DNA from: Kiritimatiellia bacterium
Lineage (GTDB): Bacteria; Verrucomicrobiota; Kiritimatiellia; SLAD01
Reading direction: 5' to 3'
Length of the DNA: 60,543 nucleotides
Assembly (NCBI GenBank): GCA_007126515.1
Contig: SLBD01000004.1
Coordinates: 1 to 60,543 of the forward strand
Shown: positions 49,240-58,207 of the stretch, one piece after another
Layout of the letters: every line of letters begins with the position of its first letter
Position numbering within the stretch: the first letter of the stretch is position 1
Notes under the pieces: generated by a model
Databases searched by the model: none
Told to the model about the DNA's origin: nothing
Seen by the model: the letters and a program-made list of their open reading frames with translations, nothing else
Position numbers and translations under genes: made by a program

Positions 49240-49350
49240 TTTTCCACTCAATGGAAATAAAATCGGGACTTTTTCCACTCAATGGAAACTTTTTGGCCCT
49301 TTTTTCCACTCAATGGAAAATTTTGAGACGAATTTTCCACTCAATGGAAA
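49240..49350 (+). repeat. array of four 31-bp-phased palindromic units (same family as 24741-24882) abutting the pheS start
   Basis: Cores TTCCACTCAATGGAA start at 49242, 49273, 49304 and 49335, so the spacing is exactly 31 bp three times. All have the same orientation and the same CTCAA centre. Confidence 0.95.
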
Positions 49351-49352
49351 CA

Positions 49353-50372
49353 ATGATTATGGAACAAATTGAGACAACGAAAACGGCCGCGCTGGATGCC
49401 ATCGCGAACGCAAATGGCCTGGATGAGCTGGATGCCGTACGGGTGCAGTACATGGGACGCAAGGGTCTGATTCCGGACCTGATGAAGCATCTCAAAACGA
49501 TCCCGAACGAAGAAAAACGCGCCTACGGACAACGCGTCAATGATCTCAAGACGGCGTTTCAAGAAGCGCTCGATGCCCGCAAACAGGAATTGGAAGCAGC
49601 GGCGGAAGAAACAGTGACGGCGGCATTCGACCTCACGTTGCCAGGCGAATGGCGAGGCGTGGGATCGAAACATCCGATCACGCAATTGACCGAGCGAGCA
49701 ATTCGCATCTTCCAGACGTTAGGCTTCACGGTTGCCGACGGTCCGGACATTGAAACGGTGTTCAACAATTTCGATGCGCTCAACCATCCGCCGGGACATC
49801 CAGCTCGCGATGTCAAAGATACGTTCTATCTGGACGATCCCGACACACTGCTGCGTACACACACGTCGCCAGTCCAAGTTCGCTATATGTTGTCGCATCC
49901 CCCACCGATTCGAATTATCGCACCGGGGCGCTGCTATCGTCGTGACACGCCGGACGCAACGCATAGCGCTAACTTCCATCAGATCGAAGGCTTGTATGTG
50001 GCGGAGAAGGTGTCGCTGGCGGATTTGAAAGGCGACTTGTCGCACTTCGCTCGCGAGGCGATGGGGCCCAATACGAAAGTACGGTTCCGCCCTCACTTTT
50101 TCCCCTTCACGGAACCCAGCGTCGAAGTCGATTTCTCCTGCCACGTCTGCGGAGGCAAAGGCTGCCGCGTCTGCAAGAACAGTGGCTGGATCGAAATTGC
50201 CGGGGCCGGCATGGTTGATCCGAACGTGTTCAAAGCCGTCGGCTACGATCCGGATAAGGTGACTGGGTACGCGTTCGGGATGGGCATTGAGCGGATTGCG
50301 ATGATCTTGTTTGGGATCACAGATATTCGCCACCTGTACGAAAACGATGCGCGGTATCTGGCGCAGTTTTAG
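49353..50372 (+). CDS. pheS: phenylalanine-tRNA ligase alpha subunit
   Basis: Class II motifs are present (FRPHFFPFTEPSVEVD, GAGMVDPNV, GYAFGMGIERIAMI). Start candidates are 49344 (inside the last repeat), 49353 and 49359. The tracked ORF start at 49125 only translates the repeat array. Confidence 0.9.
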   Translation: MIMEQIETTKTAALDAIANANGLDELDAVRVQYMGRKGLIPDLMKHLKTIPNEEKRAYGQRVNDLKTAFQEALDARKQELEAAAEETVTAAFDLTLPGEWRGVGSKHPITQLTERAIRIFQTLGFTVADGPDIETVFNNFDALNHPPGHPARDVKDTFYLDDPDTLLRTHTSPVQVRYMLSHPPPIRIIAPGRCYRRDTPDATHSANFHQIEGLYVAEKVSLADLKGDLSHFAREAMGPNTKVRFRPHFFPFTEPSVEVDFSCHVCGGKGCRVCKNSGWIEIAGAGMVDPNVFKAVGYDPDKVTGYAFGMGIERIAMILFGITDIRHLYENDARYLAQF

Positions 50373-50505
50373 GCTGGGAGACGCAGTTGCCTCTCCAGTT
50401 CTGTTCAACCTCTCGATTGCGGCTCGGCGGGTCGCCTCGCCCTACCTTGCTGAAAGCGAAGTCGGCCTTGCTCAGCAAGCCAAATGACATTGGGAGGAAG
50501 CGTCA

Positions 50506-52500
50506 ATGCTGATCGGCATTGATACGGGTGGCACGTTTACGGATTTGGTCCTATTTGATGGCCAGCATGTCCGCACCTGCAAGGTGCCATCGACACCCGA
50601 GGATTTTAGCCGAGGTGTTCTGGATGCGATTCAGGAAGCGCAGCCCTCCGATTCATTTACATTGGTCCATGCCAGCACGGTAGCCACCAATGCGTTGCTG
50701 GAGCGGAAGCTGGCGCGGGCGGCCTTGATCACAACGCATGGCTTTCGTGATGTCCTGGAAATCGGTCGGCAAACGCGGCCGGAGCTCTACAACTTGGCAA
50801 CCACGCGACCGCCGCCGCTGATTCCGCGCAGCTTGCGCAAACAAGTGCGCGAACGCGTATCTGCAACCGGAGACATCCTGCAGCCGCTGAATGAAGCCGA
50901 GGTCGAAAAGGTGATGGCCACTTTGGCGAAACAACGCGTCGACATTGTCGCGGTCTGCCTGCTGTTTTCGTTTCTTCATCCGGCGCATGAAAAGCAAATT
51001 GCCGCCGCAGCCCGCCGCCATGGCTTGAAAGTGACGCGATCCTCCGAGGTCCTGCCCGAGTTCCGCGAATTCGAGCGAACCAGCACAACGGTGGTCAACG
51101 CCTGCGTTTCGCCGGTCATGCAGACCTACGTCAAACGATTGGCGCGGAACGCGAAGCAAACGGGAGCAAGGCAATTACGGATTGTGCAGTCAAATGGTGG
51201 CAGCTTGTCTGTACACGCGGCAGGAGAAGCGGCCGTGCATACGCTGCTGTCCGGCCCGGCAGCAGGAGTGGCGGGCGCACTGGCTGTGGCGAGAACGGCG
51301 TTGCAAACGGAATCGCCGCAGGTGATCTCATTCGATATGGGCGGCACATCGACGGACGTCGCTTTACTGAATGGCGATGTCCCGATCACGACAGAAGCGG
51401 ATGTGGCAGGCTGGCCGGTGCGAGTGCCGATGATGGATATCCACACGGTCGGCGCGGGCGGCGGATCGATCGCTACTCTGGACGCAGGCGGGGCCTTGCA
51501 AGTGGGGCCGGAAAGCGCGGGCGCCGATCCCGGCCCGGCCTGTTATGGAGTGGGCACCCGCCCCACGGTGACTGATGCGAATTTGGTCTTGGGCCGAATT
51601 GTGCCAGACCATTTTCTGGGCGGTCGCAAACGCGTGGATCGCGAGGCCGCGGCCGAGGCGTTAGCCCCTCTGGTGCAGCGAATGAACATGGATATCGAGT
51701 CAGCGGCGGCGGCCGTGATTCGGATCGTCAATGCCAACATGGAGCGCGCCATCCGCGTCATCTCTGTGGAACGCGGTCATGATCCGCGCGACTTCACATT
51801 GCTTTCCTATGGCGGCGCAGGCGGATTACATGTTTGCGAATTGGCGCGATCGCTACGCATCACGCGCGTCTTGATTCCGCGACATCCGGGCGTGCTGTCG
51901 GCTTGGGGAGCGTTGGCCATGGATGTGACCAAGGATTATTCCCGCACCGTTCTGCAAGTGGATGCCCGTCCCAATGATCGACGTATCGAGCGCGCATTTC
52001 AGCAACTCGAAACGCAAGCCCGACGGGAGTTGCGCAAAGAAGGATTTCCGGATGCAAAGATTATGTTATCGCGGTCAGTTGATTTGCGATACGCAGGCCA
52101 GTCCTATGAGCTACCTGTTTCGCTGCCTGCGGGCCGCTTCGATGCAACGCATCGGCGAGCGGGCGAAGCCGCGTTTCACGCTGCTCACGAGCGACGGTTT
52201 GGTCACGCGGAACCGGATCTGCCCGTGGAGTGGGTGACGCTGCGTGTGCGGGCTACGGGTCCGGTGGCAAAACCGCAGCAGGAGCCGATTCAGAAAGGCG
52301 GGCGATCCGCGCAAGGCGCGCGACTCAGTAAACAGGGTGATGTTGATGTCATGGATCGGGAACGTTTGTGTGCTGGGAACGAATGGCAGGGCCCGGTTTT
52401 GCTCGTGGAGGATTTTGCCACGACTTGGATTCCCGGCGGCTGGCAGGTTCGCGTGGACAAGTGGGGTCATCTGCATTGTACGGAGATGCAATCGGCATGA
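50506..52500 (+). CDS. hydantoinase/oxoprolinase family protein, A subunit
   Basis: 664 aa. N-terminal IGIDTGGTFTDLV and a second actin-like ATPase motif ISFDMGGTSTDV are present. Confidence 0.85.
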   Translation: MLIGIDTGGTFTDLVLFDGQHVRTCKVPSTPEDFSRGVLDAIQEAQPSDSFTLVHASTVATNALLERKLARAALITTHGFRDVLEIGRQTRPELYNLATTRPPPLIPRSLRKQVRERVSATGDILQPLNEAEVEKVMATLAKQRVDIVAVCLLFSFLHPAHEKQIAAAARRHGLKVTRSSEVLPEFREFERTSTTVVNACVSPVMQTYVKRLARNAKQTGARQLRIVQSNGGSLSVHAAGEAAVHTLLSGPAAGVAGALAVARTALQTESPQVISFDMGGTSTDVALLNGDVPITTEADVAGWPVRVPMMDIHTVGAGGGSIATLDAGGALQVGPESAGADPGPACYGVGTRPTVTDANLVLGRIVPDHFLGGRKRVDREAAAEALAPLVQRMNMDIESAAAAVIRIVNANMERAIRVISVERGHDPRDFTLLSYGGAGGLHVCELARSLRITRVLIPRHPGVLSAWGALAMDVTKDYSRTVLQVDARPNDRRIERAFQQLETQARRELRKEGFPDAKIMLSRSVDLRYAGQSYELPVSLPAGRFDATHRRAGEAAFHAAHERRFGHAEPDLPVEWVTLRVRATGPVAKPQQEPIQKGGRSAQGARLSKQGDVDVMDRERLCAGNEWQGPVLLVEDFATTWIPGGWQVRVDKWGHLHCTEMQSA

Positions 52501-54110
52501 AGAAAACAACGCCCAATCCAGCGGACTTGACGTTCTTCGCCAATCTTTTCACGCGGATTGCCGAGGAGATGGGTGGCGTGTTGGCGCGGACCGCGTATTC
52601 GCCGAACATCAAGGAACGCCGCGACTTTTCCTGCGCGTTGTTTGATGGCGCCGGCCAGATGATTGCTCAAGCCGCGCACATTCCGGTGCATTTGGGAGCG
52701 ATGCCGTTATCGGTGGCAACGGCGCGAGCAGCGTTTCCGAAACTGGCGGTAGGCGATGTGGTGATGCTGAATGATCCGTATGCAGGCGGCACACACTTGC
52801 CCGATATTACCTTGATTAGCCCGGTGTTTGGATCCGCGAAGCGCCAGCCCTTAGCGTATTTGGCAACGCGAGCGCATCATGCTGATGTGGGCGGAATGAC
52901 ACCGGGCTCGTTGCCGTTGTCGCGGGAGATCTATCAGGAAGGTCTGCGGATTCCGCCGGTGCGCTGTGTGGAACGAGGGACCATTAATCAAGCGGTGTTC
53001 GACTTGGTATTCGCGAACTCTCGCACGCCAGCCGAACGCCAAGGCGATCTGCGGGCTCAGTTGGCAGCGCATACGCTGGGCGAACGTCGCTTGCTCGAAT
53101 CTCTGGAGCGATATGGCGCTCCTGAATTGCGTCGGCAGATGAGCCAGTTGCTGGAGTATGCCGCCACACTGATGCAGGCGACCTTGAAGCAGATTCCAGA
53201 TGGTTCTTACTCGTTTGTCGATCAATTGGATGACGACGGGGCCGGATCGGGTCCGTTGCCGATTCGTGTGGAGGTTCGGATTCGAGGTGATCAAGCCGAG
53301 ATCGATTTTACGGGCAGTGCGCCAGCCTGCGCCACCAGCTTAAATGCGGTTGAGGCAATCACACAGTCCGCCGTGTATTATTGTTTTTTGTGTCTGCTTG
53401 TGACTCCTTCGCGGCTGCACCCGGGGCGTAGTTCTCTGCCTCCGATCAACGCCGGCTGTTTCCGTCCCATTGCGGTGCACGCGCCGCCGGGCAGCATCGT
53501 CAATGCCGAACCGCCGCATGCCGTGGCTGGCGGCAACGTTGAAACCTCGCAGCGGATCGTGGATGCCGTGCTGGGGGCGCTGGCGCAAGCCTTGCCTGAT
53601 ATTGTGCCTGCCGCTTCACAAGGGACCATGAACAACGTCACGCTGGGCGGTATCGACACACGCACGGGGCAGCCGTTTGCGTATTATGAGACACTGGCTG
53701 GTGGCATGGGCGCGCGACCGAATGCCGACGGATTGCATGCGGTCCAAGCACACATGACGAATACCATGAACACGCCTGCAGAGGCGTTGGAGTACGCCTA
53801 TCCCCTCCGCGTCGAACGCTATGAAATCGTAGCAGGAACCGGAGGGAAAGGCACCTATCGGGGTGGCAATGGTCTGATTCGCGATGTGCGGATGCTGAAT
53901 GACACGCATGCAGTGCTGCTGACAGAACGGCGGACTCAGGCACCTTATGGCTTGGCGGGTGGTGAAGCAGGCACGCCGGGTGACAATGGTTTGATTCGTG
54001 GCCGCCAGCGGAAACGATTGCCCGGGAAAATCGAGTTAGAGCTGAAAGCAGGCGATGTGTTACGCATCCAAACGCCTGGCGGCGGAGGGCATGGAGCCAT
54101 TTTGACCTAA
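52497..54110 (+). CDS. hydantoinase B/oxoprolinase family protein, B subunit
   Basis: The start at MKKTTP gives an ATGA overlap with the A-subunit stop. Motifs [17 protein letters not shown] and ...TPGGGGHG near the C-terminus are present. Confidence 0.85.
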   Translation: MKKTTPNPADLTFFANLFTRIAEEMGGVLARTAYSPNIKERRDFSCALFDGAGQMIAQAAHIPVHLGAMPLSVATARAAFPKLAVGDVVMLNDPYAGGTHLPDITLISPVFGSAKRQPLAYLATRAHHADVGGMTPGSLPLSREIYQEGLRIPPVRCVERGTINQAVFDLVFANSRTPAERQGDLRAQLAAHTLGERRLLESLERYGAPELRRQMSQLLEYAATLMQATLKQIPDGSYSFVDQLDDDGAGSGPLPIRVEVRIRGDQAEIDFTGSAPACATSLNAVEAITQSAVYYCFLCLLVTPSRLHPGRSSLPPINAGCFRPIAVHAPPGSIVNAEPPHAVAGGNVETSQRIVDAVLGALAQALPDIVPAASQGTMNNVTLGGIDTRTGQPFAYYETLAGGMGARPNADGLHAVQAHMTNTMNTPAEALEYAYPLRVERYEIVAGTGGKGTYRGGNGLIRDVRMLNDTHAVLLTERRTQAPYGLAGGEAGTPGDNGLIRGRQRKRLPGKIELELKAGDVLRIQTPGGGGHGAILT

Positions 54111-54550
54111 ACCGGATTCTGAACGCGCAAGCCGCATGTTTTGGCAAGATTGGCTTGGCGCGAATCGGAAGTGATAAAGTTTCGAGTGTGCAGCAAAATG
54201 GCACAAGCGATATGCAAGATATCCAGCGTTCGTGTGCCATAATCGGCTGAATGAGTTCGAGTCAACGTCTGGCAAATCTTCCACACCTCAGGCCAGTCCA
54301 TAGACGAAATCCGCAGAATTCCAGATCGCAAATCGTCTTCGATCAAACCGATGGCAACATGCGCTTGCTCTTGCGAACACTCACCTCGAAAAGCTTTTAA
54401 TTGCAGAGCATTCATGGATTCGGTTACGTGCAAATCGGTGACTCGTAACGCTCTCCTCCGCTGCTTCACAAATCTCTCTACCGCGAGTGATTCCGGCTCA
54501 TTTGTGTAGAGCTTCAGGAGTATGCCCGTATCATAATAATCTGAGGTCAC
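54107..54550 (-). CDS. vapC: PIN-domain ribonuclease toxin (VapC-type)
   Basis: 147 aa. Acidic PIN residues are in context (YYDTGILL, ...TLDILHIA..., FITSDSRQ). It has a 4-nt overlap with the upstream antitoxin gene. Confidence 0.7.
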   Translation of the reverse strand: MTSDYYDTGILLKLYTNEPESLAVERFVKQRRRALRVTDLHVTESMNALQLKAFRGECSQEQAHVAIGLIEDDLRSGILRISSMDWPEVWKICQTLTRTHSADYGTRTLDILHIACAILLHTRNFITSDSRQANLAKTCGLRVQNPV

Positions 54551-54792
54551 CGCTCGCCTCGCGCTTCATCCAAGAGGCGATCAGACGAAATACCGCTCCA
54601 AGATTTTCCCCAGGCCTGCCGGGCTCGAGAAGCAAATTCCGGAAATTGTACTTGATCATCCGACTCCGCCGGAACGATTCGAGCAACCATTTTTTTCCGC
54701 CGTGTAATTCCCACCTCATAACCAGCGGCCACTTCCCTCAAAACCTGAGCCAGATTATGCTGTGTATCCATGATCGAGTATGTCTTATTCAT
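54547..54792 (-). CDS. Phd/YefM-type antitoxin (VapB role)
   Basis: 81 aa. The N-terminus ...MDTQHNLAQVLREVAAGYEVGITRRKKMVARIVP is typical of the Phd/YefM fold. It sits upstream of and overlaps the PIN gene. Confidence 0.65.
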   Translation of the reverse strand: MNKTYSIMDTQHNLAQVLREVAAGYEVGITRRKKMVARIVPAESDDQVQFPEFASRARQAWGKSWSGISSDRLLDEARGER

Positions 54793-54846
54793 GCGTTAAA
54801 TTTAGCGCATAAAAGACCTCTCGTCAAGAACTGGAAGAATATCGAT

Positions 54847-54939
54847 GAAGCGAATCGAGACATCTACGGCGCTGTGCAGCGCTGGAGATTCCTCCACTAC
54901 GTCCCGTCGCTGCGCTCCGTGACTCCGGTCGGAATAACC
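54847..54939. repeat. second copy of the ~100-bp right-hand module of the 14.9-kb repeat block
   Basis: GAAGCGAATCGAGACATCTACGGCG...GATTCCTCCACTACGTCCCG...GACTCCGGTCGGAATAACC aligns by eye with 15081-15183 (GAAGCGAAGTCGAGACATCTATGGCG...GATTTCTCCACTCCGTCCCG...GACTCCGGTCGAAATGACC). Confidence 0.7.
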
Positions 54940-54997
54940 ATTGGGACAAAAAGGGGGGGCTTTAAGGGGAGCGACGCGGACACCGCCAGGCTCTCGG

Positions 54998-55210
54998 CTA
55001 TTGCGAGTCCTTCTCTTTCGATTCCTCGTCCTCGCCATCTTCCAAAGCGCCTTCTGATTTTCCGCGCTTGAATTCGTTGATACTGCGCCCCAGTGATCGC
55101 GACAGCTCAGGGAGCCGTTTGGCGCCGAACAAAAGCAACAGCACAACCAAAATAATGATTAGTTCGGTTGGACCGGGCATGCCAAAGGCTAAGTATGTTG
55201 CATCTATCAT
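54998..55210 (-). CDS. tatA: twin-arginine translocase subunit TatA/E
   Basis: A TM helix is followed by the amphipathic helix motif [27 protein letters not shown] and an acidic tail. The start at MIDAT (55210) is preceded by GAGGT. Alternatives are 55222 and 55180. Confidence 0.85.
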   Translation of the reverse strand: MIDATYLAFGMPGPTELIIILVVLLLLFGAKRLPELSRSLGRSINEFKRGKSEGALEDGEDEESKEKDSQ

Positions 55211-55262
55211 GTTCGACCTCATCGTTTTCTATCAACACGTTCTTATGCTACACTACCCCACT

Positions 55263-56393
55263 ATGGACGCAAAGCATCAATGTGAACCTACCATCAGCCG
55301 AGATGAGGCGATTGCCTTGGACGGTGTCGATGTCAATGACCACGATTTGATGAATCGGGCGGCGGCGGTTCGAGATCAGCATTGGGGGCGGCGAGTCACC
55401 TACTCGCCTAAGGTCTTTATCCCGCTGACGACCTATTGTCGGGACACCTGTGGGTATTGCACCTTTGTACAAGCGCCACACAAACCGTCCGCTCGCTACC
55501 TACAACCAGACGAGGTGCTGGGGATTGCCGAAGCGGGGGCACGCGTTGGCTGCATGGAAGCCTTGTTCAGTCTCGGCGAAAAACCGGAATTGCGCCACCC
55601 GGAAGCCCAAGCTGACTTGGCCGCGCTTGGGTACGAGCACACCATCGATTACCTGCGAGACATGTGCGAGGAGGTCGTGACTAAGACAGGTCTCCTTCCA
55701 CATGCCAATCCGGGCACCATGACCATTGACGAACTACAGCAGCTCAAACCGGTCACTGGCAGCATGGGGATTATGGTGGAAAATGTCAGTCGCAGGCTGC
55801 TGCAAAAAGGCATGCCCCATCACGCCTGTCCAGACAAGGTTCCTGTGCAACGCTTACGAACACTGGAGCGAGCGGGCGAAGTCGGCGTGCCTTTCACGAC
55901 GGGGATCTTGATTGGGATTGGGGAGAAATGGGAAGAGCGGATTGATTCACTGCATGCTATTCAATCGATTCATGAGCGTTATGGCCACATCCAAGAAGTG
56001 ATTGTGCAGAATTTTCGGGCGAAACCGGGGATTGCTATGGCCAATCATCCAGAGCCATCGCATGCGGAAATGCTGCGCACACTGGCCGTTGCCCGCTTGA
56101 TTCTCTCTCCGCAAATCAGCCTGCAAGCGCCGCCGAATCTAGCGGATGAAATGACCGATTACATTTACGCGGGCATCAATGACTGGGGCGGTGTCTCGCC
56201 CGTGACTCAAGATCACATCAATCCCGAACGAGCCTGGCCGAGTATTGGGCGGTTGCGACAAGCGACAGCTGCAGCTGGCTGCGACTTGCACCCACGCCTG
56301 ACCCTCTATCCCCGTTTCTTGCAAGACCCCAATCGCTTCATTTCTCCGGAGATGCGTGAAGTTATTGCCGAGGCACGTACGCGTCTGAAATAG
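55263..56393 (+). CDS. cofG: 7,8-didemethyl-8-hydroxy-5-deazariboflavin (FO) synthase subunit CofG (radical SAM)
   Basis: VTYSPKVFIPLTTYCRDTCGYCTF (CxxxCxxC), ...HERYGHIQEVIVQNFRAKPG... and ...INDWGGVSPVT... match CofG closely as I recall the archaeal sequence. The start is 55263 or 55245; the tracked ORF start at 55068 would overlap tatA. Confidence 0.8.
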   Translation: MDAKHQCEPTISRDEAIALDGVDVNDHDLMNRAAAVRDQHWGRRVTYSPKVFIPLTTYCRDTCGYCTFVQAPHKPSARYLQPDEVLGIAEAGARVGCMEALFSLGEKPELRHPEAQADLAALGYEHTIDYLRDMCEEVVTKTGLLPHANPGTMTIDELQQLKPVTGSMGIMVENVSRRLLQKGMPHHACPDKVPVQRLRTLERAGEVGVPFTTGILIGIGEKWEERIDSLHAIQSIHERYGHIQEVIVQNFRAKPGIAMANHPEPSHAEMLRTLAVARLILSPQISLQAPPNLADEMTDYIYAGINDWGGVSPVTQDHINPERAWPSIGRLRQATAAAGCDLHPRLTLYPRFLQDPNRFISPEMREVIAEARTRLK

Positions 56394-56497
56394 AACGGCA
56401 GGATGCCCGCTCCCCTCTCCGGACTTTTCTTTTGCCGCAGACGGGGGATTCGGGGTATGCTCCCACCCGATTTTCATCTGTTTTGTTTGAAGGAGTT

Positions 56498-57463
56498 ATG
56501 ATGCGCATTTTATCGGGTATTCAGCCCACGGGAAAACCTCATTTGGGCAACTATTTTGGCATGATGAAGCCTGCCCTGGAACTGCAAGAGCAGGGTGAGG
56601 CGTACCTTTTTATTGCAAATTATCATGCCTTGACGACCATTGCGGATCCGACGGAGTTACGGGACAACACTCGTGATGTGGCGCTGGATTTCCTCGCCTG
56701 CGGATTGGACCCCAAGAAAACGGCGTTCTATCGGCAAAGCGATGTACCGGAGGTGACGGAATTGACGTGGCTGCTGGCTTGCCTGACTCCGATGGGTTTA
56801 CTGGAGCGGTGTCATTCGTACAAGGACAAAACGGCGCGGGGTTTGCCGGCTTCCCACGGACTGTTTTCCTATCCCGTGCTAATGGCGGCGGACATTCTCG
56901 CTGTGCAGTCCAATGTCGTCCCGGTGGGCCGGGATCAGAAGCAGCATATCGAAGTGACTCGGGATCTGGCGATCAAGTTCAACAACCAGTACGGAGAGGT
57001 GTTCACAATTCCAGAACCATCCATCCGTGATGAGTCGGCGGCGATCCCGGGATTGGACGGCCAGAAGATGTCGAAGTCATACAACAACACGATCGAGATC
57101 TTTGGTGCGCCGAAAGAAATGAAAAAGAAAATCATGCGGATTGTTACAGACAGCAAGGCATTGGAAGAGGTGAAAGACCCCGACACCTGCACGATTTTTG
57201 CGTTGTATCGACTGTTGGCGGATGCAGAGGCCCAAGCAGAACTGGCGGCGAGATACCGCGCGGGCGGGATGGGCTACGGCGATGCCAAGAAGGCTTTGCT
57301 GGCGGCATTCGAGGAACACTTTGGCCCCTTGCTGGAGCGCCGCGAACAACTGCGACAGGACATGGACTATGTTGAGGATGTCCTTCAGGATGGAGCCCGC
57401 TGCGCGCGGGCGCTGGCGGCAGTGACGCTGCAGCGCGCCCGCCAGGCAACAGGACTGGAATAA
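56498..57463 (+). CDS. trpS: tryptophan-tRNA ligase
   Basis: The HIGH-type motif is GKPHLGNYFG and the KMSKS motif is GQKMSKS. AGGAG is immediately upstream. The second ATG, at 56501, is equally possible. Confidence 0.95.
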   Translation: MMRILSGIQPTGKPHLGNYFGMMKPALELQEQGEAYLFIANYHALTTIADPTELRDNTRDVALDFLACGLDPKKTAFYRQSDVPEVTELTWLLACLTPMGLLERCHSYKDKTARGLPASHGLFSYPVLMAADILAVQSNVVPVGRDQKQHIEVTRDLAIKFNNQYGEVFTIPEPSIRDESAAIPGLDGQKMSKSYNNTIEIFGAPKEMKKKIMRIVTDSKALEEVKDPDTCTIFALYRLLADAEAQAELAARYRAGGMGYGDAKKALLAAFEEHFGPLLERREQLRQDMDYVEDVLQDGARCARALAAVTLQRARQATGLE

Positions 57464-57466
57464 GGC

Positions 57467-58207
57467 ATGACACCCCCGGAAGAATATCGCGTTAAACTGG
57501 AGGTGTTTGAGGGTCCACTGGACCTGCTGCTGTTCCTGATCCGTCGCGAGGAAGTCGACATCTACGACATCCCCATCGAACGGATCACGCAGCAATACAT
57601 GCAGTATTTGGATTTGATGCGCATGCTGGACCTGAACATCGCCGGCGAATTCATCGTCATGGCAGCGACGCTGATGATGATCAAAAGTCGTCTACTGCTC
57701 CCTGTGGAGGAGCGGGCGGCGGAGGATGAGGCTGAAGACGAAGATGATCCCCGCTGGGATCTGGTCCGACAATTGGTCGAATACAAGAAGTTCAAGGACG
57801 CTGCGATGCATCTGCAGTCTCTGGAAGAGATGCAGGAAAATATTTTTATCCGAACGGGAGAGGGCGTGGACTTGGGCACTCAGCCGGATGTGGCGTTGCA
57901 GGATGTCAGCATTTTTGATCTGATTGCGGCTTTCAATGAGGCCTTGAACAAGGTTGAGAAGGAAGAATTGCGCGAGATCTTTGCTGAACGGTACACGGTC
58001 GGCGAAAAGATTGATGATTTGATGGAACGAATGCGGACTCAAGACCGGTTGTCGCTGACCACCCTTTTTCAAGGGATGCGATCGCGGCACGAAATTGTCT
58101 GTACGTTTCTTGCGGTGCTGGAGCTGATGCGATTGAAGCATGTTCGCGCCGTGCAAGAACAGGCATACGGTCCAATCGAGTTGGAGCGGGCGACGGAGGA
58201 AACATGA
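57467..58207 (+). CDS. scpA: segregation and condensation protein A
   Basis: LEVFEGPLDLLLFLIRREEVDIYDIPI is the canonical ScpA N-terminus. Length is 246 aa. Confidence 0.9.
   Translation: MTPPEEYRVKLEVFEGPLDLLLFLIRREEVDIYDIPIERITQQYMQYLDLMRMLDLNIAGEFIVMAATLMMIKSRLLLPVEERAAEDEAEDEDDPRWDLVRQLVEYKKFKDAAMHLQSLEEMQENIFIRTGEGVDLGTQPDVALQDVSIFDLIAAFNEALNKVEKEELREIFAERYTVGEKIDDLMERMRTQDRLSLTTLFQGMRSRHEIVCTFLAVLELMRLKHVRAVQEQAYGPIELERATEET

Noticed and set aside
49125-49352. N-terminal 76 residues of the tracked 415-aa pheS ORF
   Set aside because: The extension only translates the end of the toxin gene region and the repeat array. PheS homology begins at MIMEQIETTK.
55068-55262. N-terminal extension of the tracked 441-aa cofG ORF
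   Set aside because: It overlaps tatA on the opposite strand. CofG homology starts after Met at 55245/55263.
56394-56497. T-box leader or repeat-array copy upstream of trpS
   Set aside because: The gap is only 104 nt, with no specifier-loop or T-box sequence and no TTCCA...TGGAA unit.
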